A DNA stretch of 64,000 nt. Source: Gekko japonicus. Lineage: Eukaryota. The DNA lies in assembly GCF_001447785.1 (NCBI RefSeq), contig NW_015168654.1, positions 1,748,031 through 1,812,030 of the forward strand, written 5' to 3'. Position 1 is the first letter of the stretch. The number at the start of each line of letters is the position of its first letter. Below, piece after piece: positions 23,301 through 34,500 of this stretch. The notes beneath the pieces were generated by a model. The model was not told the origin of the DNA, did no database searches, and worked only from the letters and a program-made list of their open reading frames with translations. Position numbers and translations under genes: made by a program.

Positions 23301-25806
23301 GAACTTGGGGAGGATGTGGCTAGTGAAGAGCAAGCCAAAGACTGGCATCCCAACCTGGATTAGGCCACGCCAGACAGCTGCTGCCCCATGAGTGGTTGTA
23401 CTGCAAGGCCAACTGTTGAGTCCCACATCCTTTGCAATGTTTTTGATCAGCAACAGCTATAGAGACCTGCAATTGTAGCACAACAGAAAATTCCCCTTGG
23501 AAGAATCCGTAATGCTGTAGATACTTGGGAAAGTCAAAAAGCAGTTCAGTGGCCCATTTGGCCTTCTGCTGTTGACTGGCGCACCAGTTTATTCAGCTAC
23601 AAGTTTGGCAGCCAGCGTGTTCAGATACCGTTGAGCTAATTCTAGCAATAATATAGTTGAGAAGAGCCACAGGAGGGGTTGTGGCTCAGTGGCAGAGCAG
23701 GCAGAAGGTCCCAGGTTCAGTCCCCAGCATCTCCAGTTAAAAAGGATCAGGTGATGTGGAAGAGCTCTAGCTGAGGAGAGCCCCCACCAGTCAGAGTAGG
23801 CAGTACTGACCTTGGTGGAGCAATAGTGCAACGCAGTAAAAAGCAGCTTGCTATGTGTCCAACATTCCCTTCATGCCTGCTTAGGAAGCCCCTGCACCCC
23901 AAGCCTCTGGCAGACAGTCAGCTGAGCTGGGCTAGGCAAAGTGGCTTGAAGCAATGGTGATTTTGCCGCTGTTCTCTCCCTCCAGGTGTTTGTCAGCAAG
24001 GACGTGGCTAAAGATCTTGGTTTCTGTTCTGCCTCTGAAGCTGTGAAGGGGCTATACAGGCGTGTGAAGCCAGGGTAGGTGGAGGCCACAAAGTCAGGTG
24101 GGGTGGTTAAGCTGGAATTGTTCCATAGAGTCCCTTAGCCAGTGCTTGAGGGAGAGGGGAGTGTATGAAATGGAACACTGGGTGGGATGGAGTCAAAGTG
24201 CAGAGAAACAGCACGGGGCCCCTATCAGCAGCAGGAGAAAGCCCCTGAAAAACTGTACTTGACAGGTGCCCTTAAGAGAGCCAGTGTGGTGTAGTGGTTA
24301 AGAGCGGCAGACTCCAGTCTGGAGAACCGGATTTGATTCCCCATTCCTCCTCCTCAGGGGTCATTTCGTAGAAAAAGAGCTAGGGGAACTCATTAGCATA
24401 ACTCATTAGCATATGCCACACCCCCTGACATCAGGGGCCCGGCGGTGGACCTGCAAGGCCAGCGGGAGAAAGCCCCGCCAAGGCCCTCCCTGGCCCCAGG
24501 CAGGCAGGGGTGGGGAGAGGCGGGGAGGAAGCAACTTACCCTCCCTCTTCTGCCTCCTCCTGGCTGAATGAGGGCTGGAAGCGGGGTGGCCGGAAGCAGG
24601 GGGCGGGGCTTCGTCATGTGCCCCGCCCCCCTGCACCTCACCCGGGGGAACTGCATTCCCCCGCGTTCCCCCCCGAAATGACATCTGCTCCTCCTGAAGC
24701 CTGCTGGGTGACCCTGGGCCAGTCACAGTTCTCTCAGAACTCTCTCAGCCCCACCTGCCTCACTAGGTGTCTGCTGTGGGGAGAGGAAGGGAATGTGATT
24801 GTAGGCCGTTCTGATAGGCCGTTCTGAGACTCCTTAAGGTAAAGAAAAGCATGGTGTAAAAACCTACTCTTCTCCTTAGTGCTCTTCATTGAGCATGCCA
24901 GAGAATGAAGCTCATTGGCCCTGTGGCAATCCCCCCCCCCAATTTGTCTAACTGGTCTGGAACTATTTCTTGATCCCAACCTAAATCTGCTTCGTGGGTT
25001 ACAGCTCGAACTGGTGGTTTCTCACCTGTGTCTGGTGAGCATTGAGGGCAGGTGTATTCGCACTGCAAAGCACTTCTGCAGCACAGGCTGCCATTGAAAT
25101 ACTTATTTTCTTTAGTTCCACCTTACCAAGCTAGCTCAGGGCACACCATTTTGTGACTCCCATCCACATGCGTATTGGGGTGGGGGGCAGCTATGGGGTC
25201 ATCCATCCTACTTTGAACGGCAAGGCATCTGGCTCCCGCTCTGCCCCTTTGGGTCACTTTGATTGTGTAGGATGCACTGTTCGCAAGTGGAGAGTGCATT
25301 GAGAGGGGGCTCTTGGGTCCTAACCCCACAAACTCCCTGCTTTCCACCCAGGGCCACCTTGATCTGTGCTTGGGCGGAGAATGGGGCTGATGCGATGGGA
25401 CCAGGTGGGCAACTGCTGCACTCGGATGCCTTCCCCCCCGACAATGTCGTGGACACGCTGGGGGCTGGGGACACGTTCAACGCTTCTGTTATTCTTGCCC
25501 TCAGCAGGGGTGAGTACATCAGTCCTCCTCCCCCCTCCCACACATCAGTCCTGTCCAATTCCGCATGCCTTGTCAAATGGCGGCAGCACTAGGGGCACAG
25601 GGCAGAGGCGTGAGACGTCTCCCTCTGCCCACTGACCCTTCAAGTCTTAGCAGATCCAGAGTGGCTGCTGGCCGTGCCTCCGTATGGCGGAGAGAGTTGA
25701 CACTCTGCTTTCTGCGGCAGGGAGACCACTTCAGGAGGCCATCACCTATGGGTGCCAGGTGGCTGGCCGGAAGTGCGGGGTGCACGGCTACGATGGGATC
25801 GTGTGA
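14258..25806 (+). CDS. KHK: Ketohexokinase gene span (exons 3a/3c-8; exons 1-2 not in window)
   Basis: Spliced exons translate to the PfkB-family fructokinase, including [13 protein letters not shown] and C-terminal [10 protein letters not shown]. Exon sizes 135/135/73/142/89/158/86. Exon 5 acceptor anomaly described in findings. Confidence 0.95.
14464..14598 (+). CDS. KHK: KHK exon 3c (KHK-C type)
   Basis: ccccaag|A...GACAC|gtaagg; 135 nt; [45 protein letters not shown], similar to human [30 protein letters not shown]. Confidence 0.93.
17630..17830. promoter_or_regulatory. Candidate HNF1/HNF4 enhancer in KHK intron 3
   Basis: GGTTAATGATTCC 17632, TGGCCTTTGTCCC 17680 (DR1), GGTTAATAATTGAA 17709, GGGGCGTGG 17817. 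Confidence 0.45.
19480..19693. mobile_element. hAT MITE, full length, inserted in an L2 fragment
   Basis: TAGGGTTGCCAGC...GCTGGCAACCCTA. Confidence 0.8.
20425..20497 (+). CDS. KHK: KHK exon 4
   Basis: ctgcag|C...GAG|gtgagt; 73 nt; [24 protein letters not shown]. Confidence 0.93.
20531..21087. mobile_element. hAT MITE carrying a nested second MITE (20604-20944)
   Basis: Outer TIRs TAGGGTTACCA / TGGCAACCCTA; inner CAGGGCTTTTTTTG / CAAAAATAGCCCTG flanked by G8 on both sides. Confidence 0.8.
22505..22911 (+). mobile_element. CR1 LINE 3' fragment
   Basis: [20 protein letters not shown]...[13 protein letters not shown]...LDKHL; GATTCTAT tail. Confidence 0.85.
23100..23241 (+). CDS. KHK: KHK exon 5 (5 nt shorter than expected at the 5' end)
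   Basis: [47 protein letters not shown], donor GTG|gtaggg. The acceptor caacag| gives 142 nt, out of phase with exon 4. Confidence 0.85.
23986..24074 (+). CDS. KHK: KHK exon 6
   Basis: ctccag|GTG...CCAGG|gtaggt; 89 nt; [29 protein letters not shown]. Confidence 0.93.
25352..25509 (+). CDS. KHK: KHK exon 7
   Basis: acccag|G...AGGG|gtgagt; 158 nt; [52 protein letters not shown] (PfkB GAGD motif). Confidence 0.95.
25721..25806 (+). CDS. KHK: KHK exon 8 (terminal coding part)
   Basis: cggcag|GG AGA...GTG TGA; [27 protein letters not shown]. Confidence 0.93.
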
Positions 25807-26060
25807 GCTGCATTCCGGAAGCCATGTCTGCTGGGTCTGGGACCCTTCTCCGAGCCAAGGACCAAAATCTTCTGCGCTGCTGCACTGCACGCGCACCATG
25901 GACGCTGGTGCCACCCCTGTGCAACTCACAGCTGGTGGGAGAGGGATAGGCCAAGCCTGACTTGCCACCCTGCACGCAGTGTGCCGTCTGCTCTGGCTGG
26001 CCCTGGCGCTCTTGTCCCCAATGGGGACTCTCTTGTGTTGCCATTTCTAGAGTAAAGATC

Positions 26061-26066
26061 AATAAA
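26061..26066 (+). terminator. KHK polyadenylation signal
   Basis: AATAAA 255 nt after the stop codon. Confidence 0.65.
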
Positions 26067-26294
26067 AGTGTTCAGATTTGCAGATCATGGCTGGCTCTGT
26101 GTGCAAGTCCCACATGAAAGGTTTGCAGAGCAAGCCCGTCTGACACTTGAATGGTCTGGAGGAGCAGCGCAGACTATAAATTGGAGAAGACCCCAGGACG
26201 GGAGTACGGAGCAGGAATCCAGATAACTGCTGTGGCATTCTGCGTCTTTCAGAATGAGCAGCGGAAGAAGGGAGACGTTGCAGCCAAGGGGACG

Positions 26295-26476
26295 TAGGGC
26301 TCTTTTTGTAGCAGGAACTCCTTTGCATATTAGGCTACACACCCCTAATGTAGCCAATCCTCCAAGAGCTTACAGAGCTCTTCTTACAGGAGCTACTGTA
26401 AGCTCTTGGAGGGTTGGCTACATTAGGAGTGTGTCGCTTAATATGCAAATGAGTACCTGCTACAAAAAGAGCCCAG
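26295..26476. mobile_element. Near-perfectly palindromic MITE
   Basis: Arms of about 80 bp complementary from GGGCTCTTTTTGTAGCAGG to CCTGCTACAAAAAGAGCCC. Confidence 0.8.
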
Positions 26477-26584
26477 TTAGGCACTTTTCCCCCCCTCCAC
26501 AGGCCCTGGGAGGGAGGATGGGAATTCTGGGCTTATAATAAGCAAGTATTTTTAAGAAGTACTATATAAACATGTACAGATACT

Positions 26585-26920
26585 GCGGACCACCAAAAAG
26601 ACAAATCAGTGGGTTCCAGATCGAATCAAGCCTGCACTCTCCCTAGAAGCTAAAATGAATGAACTGCGGCTATCATACTTTGGTCACATTATGAGAAGTC
26701 AAAAGTCACTGGAAAAAGACAATAATGCTAGGAAAAGTTGAAGGAATGCTAGGAAAAGTTGAAGAGAGGAGGACCCAACATGAGATGGACTGACCCAATC
26801 ACAGCCCTCAGTTGGCAAGAACTGAGCAAGGCTGTTAATGATAGGATGTTTTGGAGGTCATTAATTCATAGGCTCGCTGTAAGTTGGAAGCAACTTGATG
26901 GCACTAAACACACACAAACA
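26585..26920 (+). mobile_element. RTE/BovB-like LINE 3' fragment
   Basis: LSYFGHIMR...MLGKVEG..KRGGPNMRWTD; CA-rich tail. Confidence 0.75.
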
Positions 26921-27272
26921 CACGGAGAATGGGTGGCTATTAACCCCAAGGCTACATCCATAAGATCTACAAATGGTGGTGACTCATGGTGGGCCATATG
27001 TTGCCACTGGAGGTGGGATTAAGGGGTGGTTACAATGAATAGAAATAGTGCCAAGCGGCATGCTCTGTTGATCTGATCCAGCATGGCAAATCTTGAAATC
27101 CTGAGCACTGCTGGTTCTCTTCTGCTTAAGGATAGCCTAGATTTCTTGTGGACAGGGCCTGGCATCAAACACAATCCAGGCTGCCCTTGTGTTCTGGGTG
27201 GCTCCCTCCAAGATGTTGTAGGGCCACTGGTTTCCCCCTTCTGCGATAAAAACACATGAAGTTCAAAGACAC

Positions 27273-27278
27273 TTTATT
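27273..27278 (-). terminator. Probable CGREF1 polyadenylation signal
   Basis: AATAAA on the minus strand about 940 nt after the stop codon. Confidence 0.55.
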
Positions 27279-28217
27279 GTCAGGGCAAAACACAGAGAGT
27301 TTACCAAAGTACAGGAGATCGAGAGATGTTAACCAGGGGCAATGCCATCAGCATCCTTCCTCTTAGGGCACCTACAAGGAAGAAGTGGGTAAACAGCAGC
27401 TGCCTACTCGGGACAGATGTCGTGGTTCAGTGGTAGAGCATCCGCTTTGCATGATTAAAGATCCCAGGTTCAATTCCAGGCATCTCTATTTAAAAGGATC
27501 AGTTGGTAGGTGATGTGAAAGACTTGAGACCCTGGAGAGTTGCTGCCAGTCAGAGTGGACAATGGCTGACCTTGCTAGACCAAGGGCTGCCTTGATAGAA
27601 GGCAGCTTCATGTGTTGGGAGGAGCCAAGACAGATGCTGACCAGTTCCCTAGCACGGAGTGAGTGGGAGGCATTGTGATTCTGTACTTCACATCCTGAGA
27701 GTCTAGAGGGTGGGAATGGGAAATGGTTCTCTGCCTACTTGGCAGAGGGGGTGGCACTTGGGGGCGGAGAGCACCACTGGCACTGCAGCCCTTGGAGCTA
27801 CTTGCATGGTACCCAGCGAGCTGGATAAGGCCTTCTTTGCAAAGAGATGTCCTAGGAAGGATACCAAGCTCTGGTCCTGGGCTCCTGATCCAGGCTAAGC
27901 CAACTGTTATCCATCCAGGGGACAGCATGTTTGGGATTCTCAGTTGCATGTTGAACGGGATGGTATCTGGAGCAGGCAAGAAAAGCAAGGATTTGTGCAC
28001 AGAGCCCTAGAGCAGCACAGATGACTGAAAGGGTGAGAAATCTGGGTGGTTCCAGGGACATGGGCATGACAGGAAGTGGCAGCAGCAAGCTCAGACTGTT
28101 TCTGGCTTCCCACCTCCCTGCAGCCCCTTCTGGAAACTGCCCTGGAGTCATTCTGTTCCTCTGTCCATAGGGCCAAGTCATCCACCAGACTTCTTCCTCT
28201 CCTGAGCAGAGTAGGTA

Positions 28218-28592
28218 TCAGTTGCCGGGAGCAGGAGGCATCTCAGCCCCTTGTCCCTGTGTGTCTGGCGATGCTTCCTGGCCATGATCCCCTTTGTGCA
28301 TTTGTGCTCCAGGGCTCAGGGAAGGGGCCTCCATGACTCCCTGCTCCTGAAAAGTCTCTGGGGCAGCCGGGGGCTCTGCTGTACCTTGCTGGACTGGGAG
28401 GTCTGAGAGCCCAACGCTTTGTTCATCCGGCTCTAGAGGGGCCCACAACACTGTCCCATCTTCTCCACTGGGGGCAGCAAGCAGAGCTGGGGCCTGATCC
28501 TGCCAGGGGCCAAGAAACAGCTCCGAGGGCTCCAGCAACCCGTCCCGGTTCAAGTCCTGTGTCTCCAGGATGCTGTCCACCATCAGTACCAG
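28218..28592 (-). CDS. CGREF1: CGREF1 last coding exon (EF-hand 2 plus low-complexity tail)
   Basis: ctgcag|CTG; LVLMVDSILETQDLNRDGLLEPSELF...PAPGN*. Confidence 0.9.
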   Translation of the reverse strand: MVLMVDSILETQDLNRDGLLEPSELFLGPWQDQAPALLAAPSGEDGTVLWAPLEPDEQSVGLSDLPVQQGTAEPPAAPETFQEQGVMEAPSLSPGAQMHKGDHGQEASPDTQGQGAEMPPAPGN

Positions 28593-31500
28593 CTGCAGGA
28601 GCAGACGAAGAGATCAAGTCAACACTTTGGTTATTAACAAAGAAACATCCATGGTCACTGATTTCCCCCCCCCCCCCAATCCCCGGAGCTTTAATCCTGT
28701 ACTTGCATTTCTTTAGTCTTATTAAAATCATGGAATTAATTTAAACTATACTTAACAGATGCCTTGGGTGCCTTCTAAGTATACCCAACTTTGCATCTTC
28801 CTTCTGAGCCTTAAAATAACAAAAAGTTCCGCAGTATATGTGCGGTCGTGTGATGAGCCCTGCTGGATGAGACCAGTGGTCCATCTAGTCCAGCATGCTG
28901 TTTCACATAGCGGCCAACCAGGTGCCGTAGAGGGCCAAACAAATGGGGCACGGAGGATAAGGTCAGTGAAGCTGCACACTCTCTAGGCATAAAGTTTAGA
29001 AGAACAGACTTAGACCTCAATGCAGAGTGATTACTTCACGTGAGGGTCCAACTGCGCCCACCTTCTGGATGATTAAAATAAGGAAACTGACGACAGCTAA
29101 GAATACTGAGTGAGCCCTGACCTGGATAGCCCAGGCAAGCCCAGTCTCGTCAGATCTCGGAAGCTAAGCAGGGTCGACTCTGGCAAGTATTGGATGGGAA
29201 ACCTCTTTGGAAAACCAGCAGTTGGGAGGCGGGGGCAGGCTTTATTCAGCCACCTCTCTGAATATCCTCCAGGCCCCCAGTAGGGGTCAGTCACCAGAGG
29301 TCGCTGTGACTTCCAGGTGCGCATGCACATGCACAAAAATACACCCCCCCCCAAAGAATACCTAGGGAGAGGTGTTGCAATATTCACACCCTTTTTATAA
29401 GAAAACTGTGGCAACCAGCCTTTGAGGCTAAAGGAAGACAAGAGCCCTTAGGGGGTGAGCGGTCTACAAATCGAAATAATAAATAAATAAATAAATAAAC
29501 AAATAAGAGAGAATGCCTCAAGACCTGTTCTGGTGGCCTAGGGTTGCCAGCCTCCTGGTGGGGCCTGGAGATCTCCTGGTTCCCCTGTCGAAAATGACTG
29601 CTTTGGAAGATGGACTCTATGGCATTATACCTGCTGAGATCCCTCCCCTCCTCAAACACTGCCGTCCCCAGGCTTCACCCCCCAAAGTTTCCAGGTCGCT
29701 CTGGGCCATGAGCAGAGATCTTAGAGGGGTTTTTATAGAAGAGGCATAGAGAGCAAAGAGGTCCAGCTGACTCAACTGATCAGTCTCCCCAAGGGAGATC
29801 CTCCCACTTCCAATCTGAGGTCTAATTCACAGGTGCCCCAAGAATGAGGCAAAAAAGCCCTGAGGCAGTAGAGACTGTTCCACTTCAAACTGCGGGTAGA
29901 TTTCAATGTGCCTTCAGATGGAAGGAATACCATGAAAATTAGTCCAGCATGGGGAAAGGCTCAGCACTCTTGCCTTTTGTTTGCTGTGCTGGTTTTCCAT
30001 CTGCCAGTTTTTAAGCAAAGGGAAATATGCTAAATTGTAATCTTCTACCTGCAGTCTGAAATGGTGCAGTCCACGCTGCATGTCATTGTAGCCATCCCTG
30101 AAACTCAAGGGAGCTTCACTGAGGAGAAAAATGAAAAATAGCAGGAGCAGGAGAGGAACGATTTTAAGCAATTAGAGCTTTGTCAGGGGACCGTCACAAA
30201 AATGTGTAGGTAGTTATGCTGCCTTCACATGAAATCAGGGAAAATAATAAAACACACTGCGTTCTTGAATTATTTCTATATAGCAAAAATTTTATTGCAT
30301 GCAAATGCAGTATGGTATCATGAGTTACATATTTTGTTTTGTGATAGTCACCTGTTGAAGACCTAATGGCTCGAAAAAGCTGCTTCCATCATAGCTGCTC
30401 CCTTGGTACCTCCTAACATTTTGTGTAACTTTTAAATATTTTGTGATTGACCTGGGGCAGCCATTTTCTGACTGGCCCCAGCCCCCAGGATAGCTGTTTT
30501 GCCACTGGTTCCAACTCCATGGCGGCCATTTTATTGTGGCGGCCACTACCTCTTCTTTAAAAATTCCAGAGTGCTCACTGGTTCAACTACATGAGAAGCC
30601 CCTGCTCTTGAGAGTCAAGTTATGACAGAGACCCAAGGGGGCAGGCTCAGGGGAGCAACAAGAAACGGGATCCAGAGGTTACCGCCTAACAAAGGAATGG
30701 AGGCAACAAGAAGAAAAAGAAGAGATTGGATTTATACCCTGCCCTTCACTACCCAAAGGTGTCTCAGAGCGGCTTACAAACTCCTTTCCCTTCCCCTCCC
30801 CACAACAGACACCCTGTGAGGTAGGTGGGGCTGAGAGAGCTCTTGACAGAAACTGCTCTTTTTCAAGGACAGCTCTTATCAGAACTACGGCTTGCCCAAG
30901 GTTGTCCAGCCAGGTGCAAGTGGAGGAGTGGGGAATCAAACCCGGTTCTCCCAGATTAGAATCCGCGCACTTAACCACCACACCAAACTGGCTCTCAGTC
31001 TCCCAGGACAGGCTGGCAGAGTGTATGTTTCTCCTAGGGCTGGCAAGGGTGCCAACGCGCCTGACACAAAGAAGGCCAAGGAATTAAAAAGCACCTACCA
31101 AGTCAGGCAAGGGCTGCCTTTTGGCCTGTTCTTCCGCCAGCTCACTAAGCAACCGCATGAATTCCAGGCCATCCAGTCGACCGCTCTTGTCATAATCATG
31201 GAGAACAAAGAGAAGCAAGAGAGCTGCAGATACCGGGAGAAGATTGTGTCAGCCAAAGGGAAAGTGTTGGGGAAATGAGAGGTGCAGAAACCTTTTCATG
31301 CACTCCCATCTCCATTGTGTTCGTTTTGTGAGGGAGAGAAGCTGGCTTCCCAATTGCATCAAAACAGAGAGAGAGACAGTTGTTCTAAACCAAAACTCAA
31401 TTTATTCCATTACACACTCTTAAGTCAGAAAACACTTGTAGCATTTCAGAATATTTCAACACAACCCCAATACATAAATAGTGCACTTCTATAAGTCCTA

Positions 31501-34500
31501 AGTTCTATAAAGGACATCCTTGGTTGCTCTGTCAAGACCCATAATGGAAGGGTAGTTGGCCAGAACAGGGAACAAAACTAAATTCAGACATTAAGCACAC
31601 TTTTCCAACCAGAGGGGCTAATGTAACTGTCAGTCAAGTCTGTGACAAGCATTTGACATATGTCTGACGTATAGAAAAAGAAGAGACTGTATTTATACCC
31701 CGCCCTTCACTCGGAGTCTCAGAGCAGCTTACAAATTCCTTTCCCTTCCCCTCCCCACAACAGACACCCTGTGAGGTGGGTGGGGCTGAGAGAACTCTTT
31801 CAAGAACTGCTCTTTCAAGGACGGCTCTTGTCAGAATTATGGCTTGCCCTAGGTCATCCAGCCAGCTGCAAGTGGAGGAGTGAGAAATCAAACCCGGTTC
31901 TCCTAGATTAGAGTCCACACACTTAACCACTACACCAAACTGGCTCTATATACAACAAAGTCAGCCCTTTCTTTCTGTCCCTGGGTTAAGGAAAGTCAAG
32001 GAAAGCTGGGTTAAGCTAGGTTGACTGAGAGTTAAGGTTGACTAAGAGAGTCCCAGGAAGCTAGGTTCAGATACACTATCTATTTAGAATTTTATAATGT
32101 ATAAACATTCCAAAAGGCAGAAGTCATGTAAGGCAGAGATCATGTACAGGGTTATTGGTACCAGAAGGCCACAGCACCAGCAAAGTTCTGAAGCATCCTG
32201 GGAAACAGAACCAAAGATTCAACTATAGAGGCTAATTGCTATAGAAGTTAAAATATCATAGGTTTATCAGAGGCTCACTCCAGGCCCTAATTCTGCAACA
32301 GAAAGCAACTGGGGACCCACTGTGGGAATAATGATGGTGGTGATGGATTTTCATTTATAGTCCCCCTTTCTCACTGGGACTCAAGGCAGATCACAAGTAA
32401 TGATGCTTCCTTCTGGCTCAACACACCTATTGCACTTGAGTCCCAATGAGAAGGCGGACTATAAATGAAAATACATAAATAACTTGGTCTGCCCACAGAG
32501 ACTACCAAGAGATCACAAAAACCAAACTATTATGGTCTAATGGGACAGAGCTGTCTTTCCTGTGCAGCATGGAGGGGCCCACTGGCTAAAGGAAACAAAT
32601 CTAGATCAGTTTAGTAAGGTGGCCGCCAACCTTCATGCTAGGTCAAATGCAGAGGTGACTCTTGAGCTGGGATTGGGAAGCACGTGTGCGCATCTGGCTG
32701 TAAAATGCTTGATGCTGAGGCTCAACACAGGCAGCTGGATGCTATGCATGGAGCTTGCTGGCCTTGGGGGTCTATGGGTTGCTTCCAGTGAGGCACAAAC
32801 GGAATGGAAATTTACTCAGCACAGTTCCACTTGCGCAAGCGGTAACATATGGGTTCCTCCAACACAAAACAGTTCAATATAATTTTCAATATACATTTTA
32901 ATGAGGGGTCATGGTTCAGTGGTAGAACATCTGCTTGGCATACAGAAAGTCCCAGGTTCAGTCCTCAGCATCTCCAGTTAAATGATCTGGCAGTACGTGA
33001 TGTGAAAGACCTCTTCCTGGGACACCGGAGAGCTGCTGCCAGTCTGAGTAGACAGAACTGACCTTGATGGGCGGAGTGTCTGATTCAGTATAAGGCAGCT
33101 TCCGCACTATGTACAAGGAGCAATCAAATGTACAACACATGCTTTGCAAGGTTTAATTTGCTTTAGAAATTGTATCAGAAGAAATAGCTTGTGTGGTGTA
33201 TGTCTTGCACTCCCAAAAAAGGTGCAAGGACTGTTGCATATGTGGAAGTTTTCCATGGGATGCAACCCAATGTGTCTTCGTGGGGTCTACTCCTATGGGA
33301 GGACCGCTGCTAAGTTGCCACGACCGGGAAATGCTTGCAAACAGCATTTGTAAAGAGAGAGATATTTCCTCTTCATCAGAGTCAGAAGAATTGTCCTTAG
33401 GGATACTTGTTAAAGCACTCTAAAGACCACCCTAACGTGAAGGAAGGAGGAGCAAAAGAATGTGATGCATGACAGCTGGGAGTGCGGCAGCATCCTCAGC
33501 CTCCAACAGTGCAAGGCATTGTAAGCTGCAGCCAGCTAATTTCTTATTTTAGGTCTCGGTTATGCTATGTAATTTTATGCCTGGCTTCTATTGGTCAAAG
33601 CTGACCACAAGGCAGCAGGCTGGAGAGAGGGATGGGCCACATCAAATCAGTTCACGTCTCAAGGCAGAGGCGGAATGGACATCTTTTAGTGTGGAATAGT
33701 TGCCACCAGGCATTACAAACTCCAAACATTTCTCATCTGAGGGTCTTTTCCAACTTCATCATCATGAATATGATTTTGCTTTAGAAGAGCAGGTGAGAAA
33801 TCTGAGGGTCTGCCTTAGAACAAGTTTCTCTCTCTCTCTCTGTAGAAGGCTCTGAACAGAATTAGGGTGGGTAAGAATCACACTTTCAGCCTAGCTAACT
33901 GAATTAAAAAGAGAGCCAGTGTTATATAGTGGTTAAGAGTGTCGGACTGGGAGACCCTGGTTTGATCCCCCACTTGTGCATTGAAAGCTCGCTGGGTGAC
34001 CTTGGGCCAGTCACACTCTCTGAGCCTAATCTAACTCACAAAGTTGTTGTTATGATAAAATGGAGGAGAGGAGAAGTATGTAAGCTGCCTTGGGTCCCTA
34101 TTGGGAAGGAAGATGAGGTATAAATGAATAAAACAAACAAATAAATCTTCTGTACAAGCCTTCGCAGGGCCACTCCAGTCTAAACCAACTGAAAAGACTG
34201 TCCCTTTCATTAGCTGAAAAAAAAATCCTAACCTCTTTTTAATTTGCTTCCTGATTTTTATCATAATGTGCATTCACACAGTCTGCCTCCTCAGATACTG
34301 TCCAGCCCGCCACTCAAGGTACTCTCCCCAACCCTTGTTCTCTGTGTCTTCAGCTGCAGATGTGAGGCAGATGGCAATCAGAGACAAGGCTTTTTCAGTG
34401 GTGGCACCTCACCTTTGAAATACCTTTCCTTACTGCTCTTTAAGTGCCAAGCCAAAACATTTTTATTTTCACTAAGGCTTTTAATGGAGGGTTTTCATAT

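Noticed and set aside
27420-27490. tRNA-like sequence (also near 23680, 32905 and the Squam3-like heads)
   Set aside because: SINE heads with A/B boxes but no intact cloverleaf, attached to repeat bodies.
29134-29205. 5S rRNA gene
   Set aside because: Partial, diverged, fused to a SINE tail, and without an oligo-T terminator at the expected position.
29914-30171. 85-aa ORF with signal-peptide-like N-terminus
   Set aside because: Starts at TTG, and the hydrophobicity comes from a pyrimidine tract; no homology recognised.
33150-33420. Open frames in unique CGREF1 intron sequence
   Set aside because: No recognisable homology or convincing exon structure.
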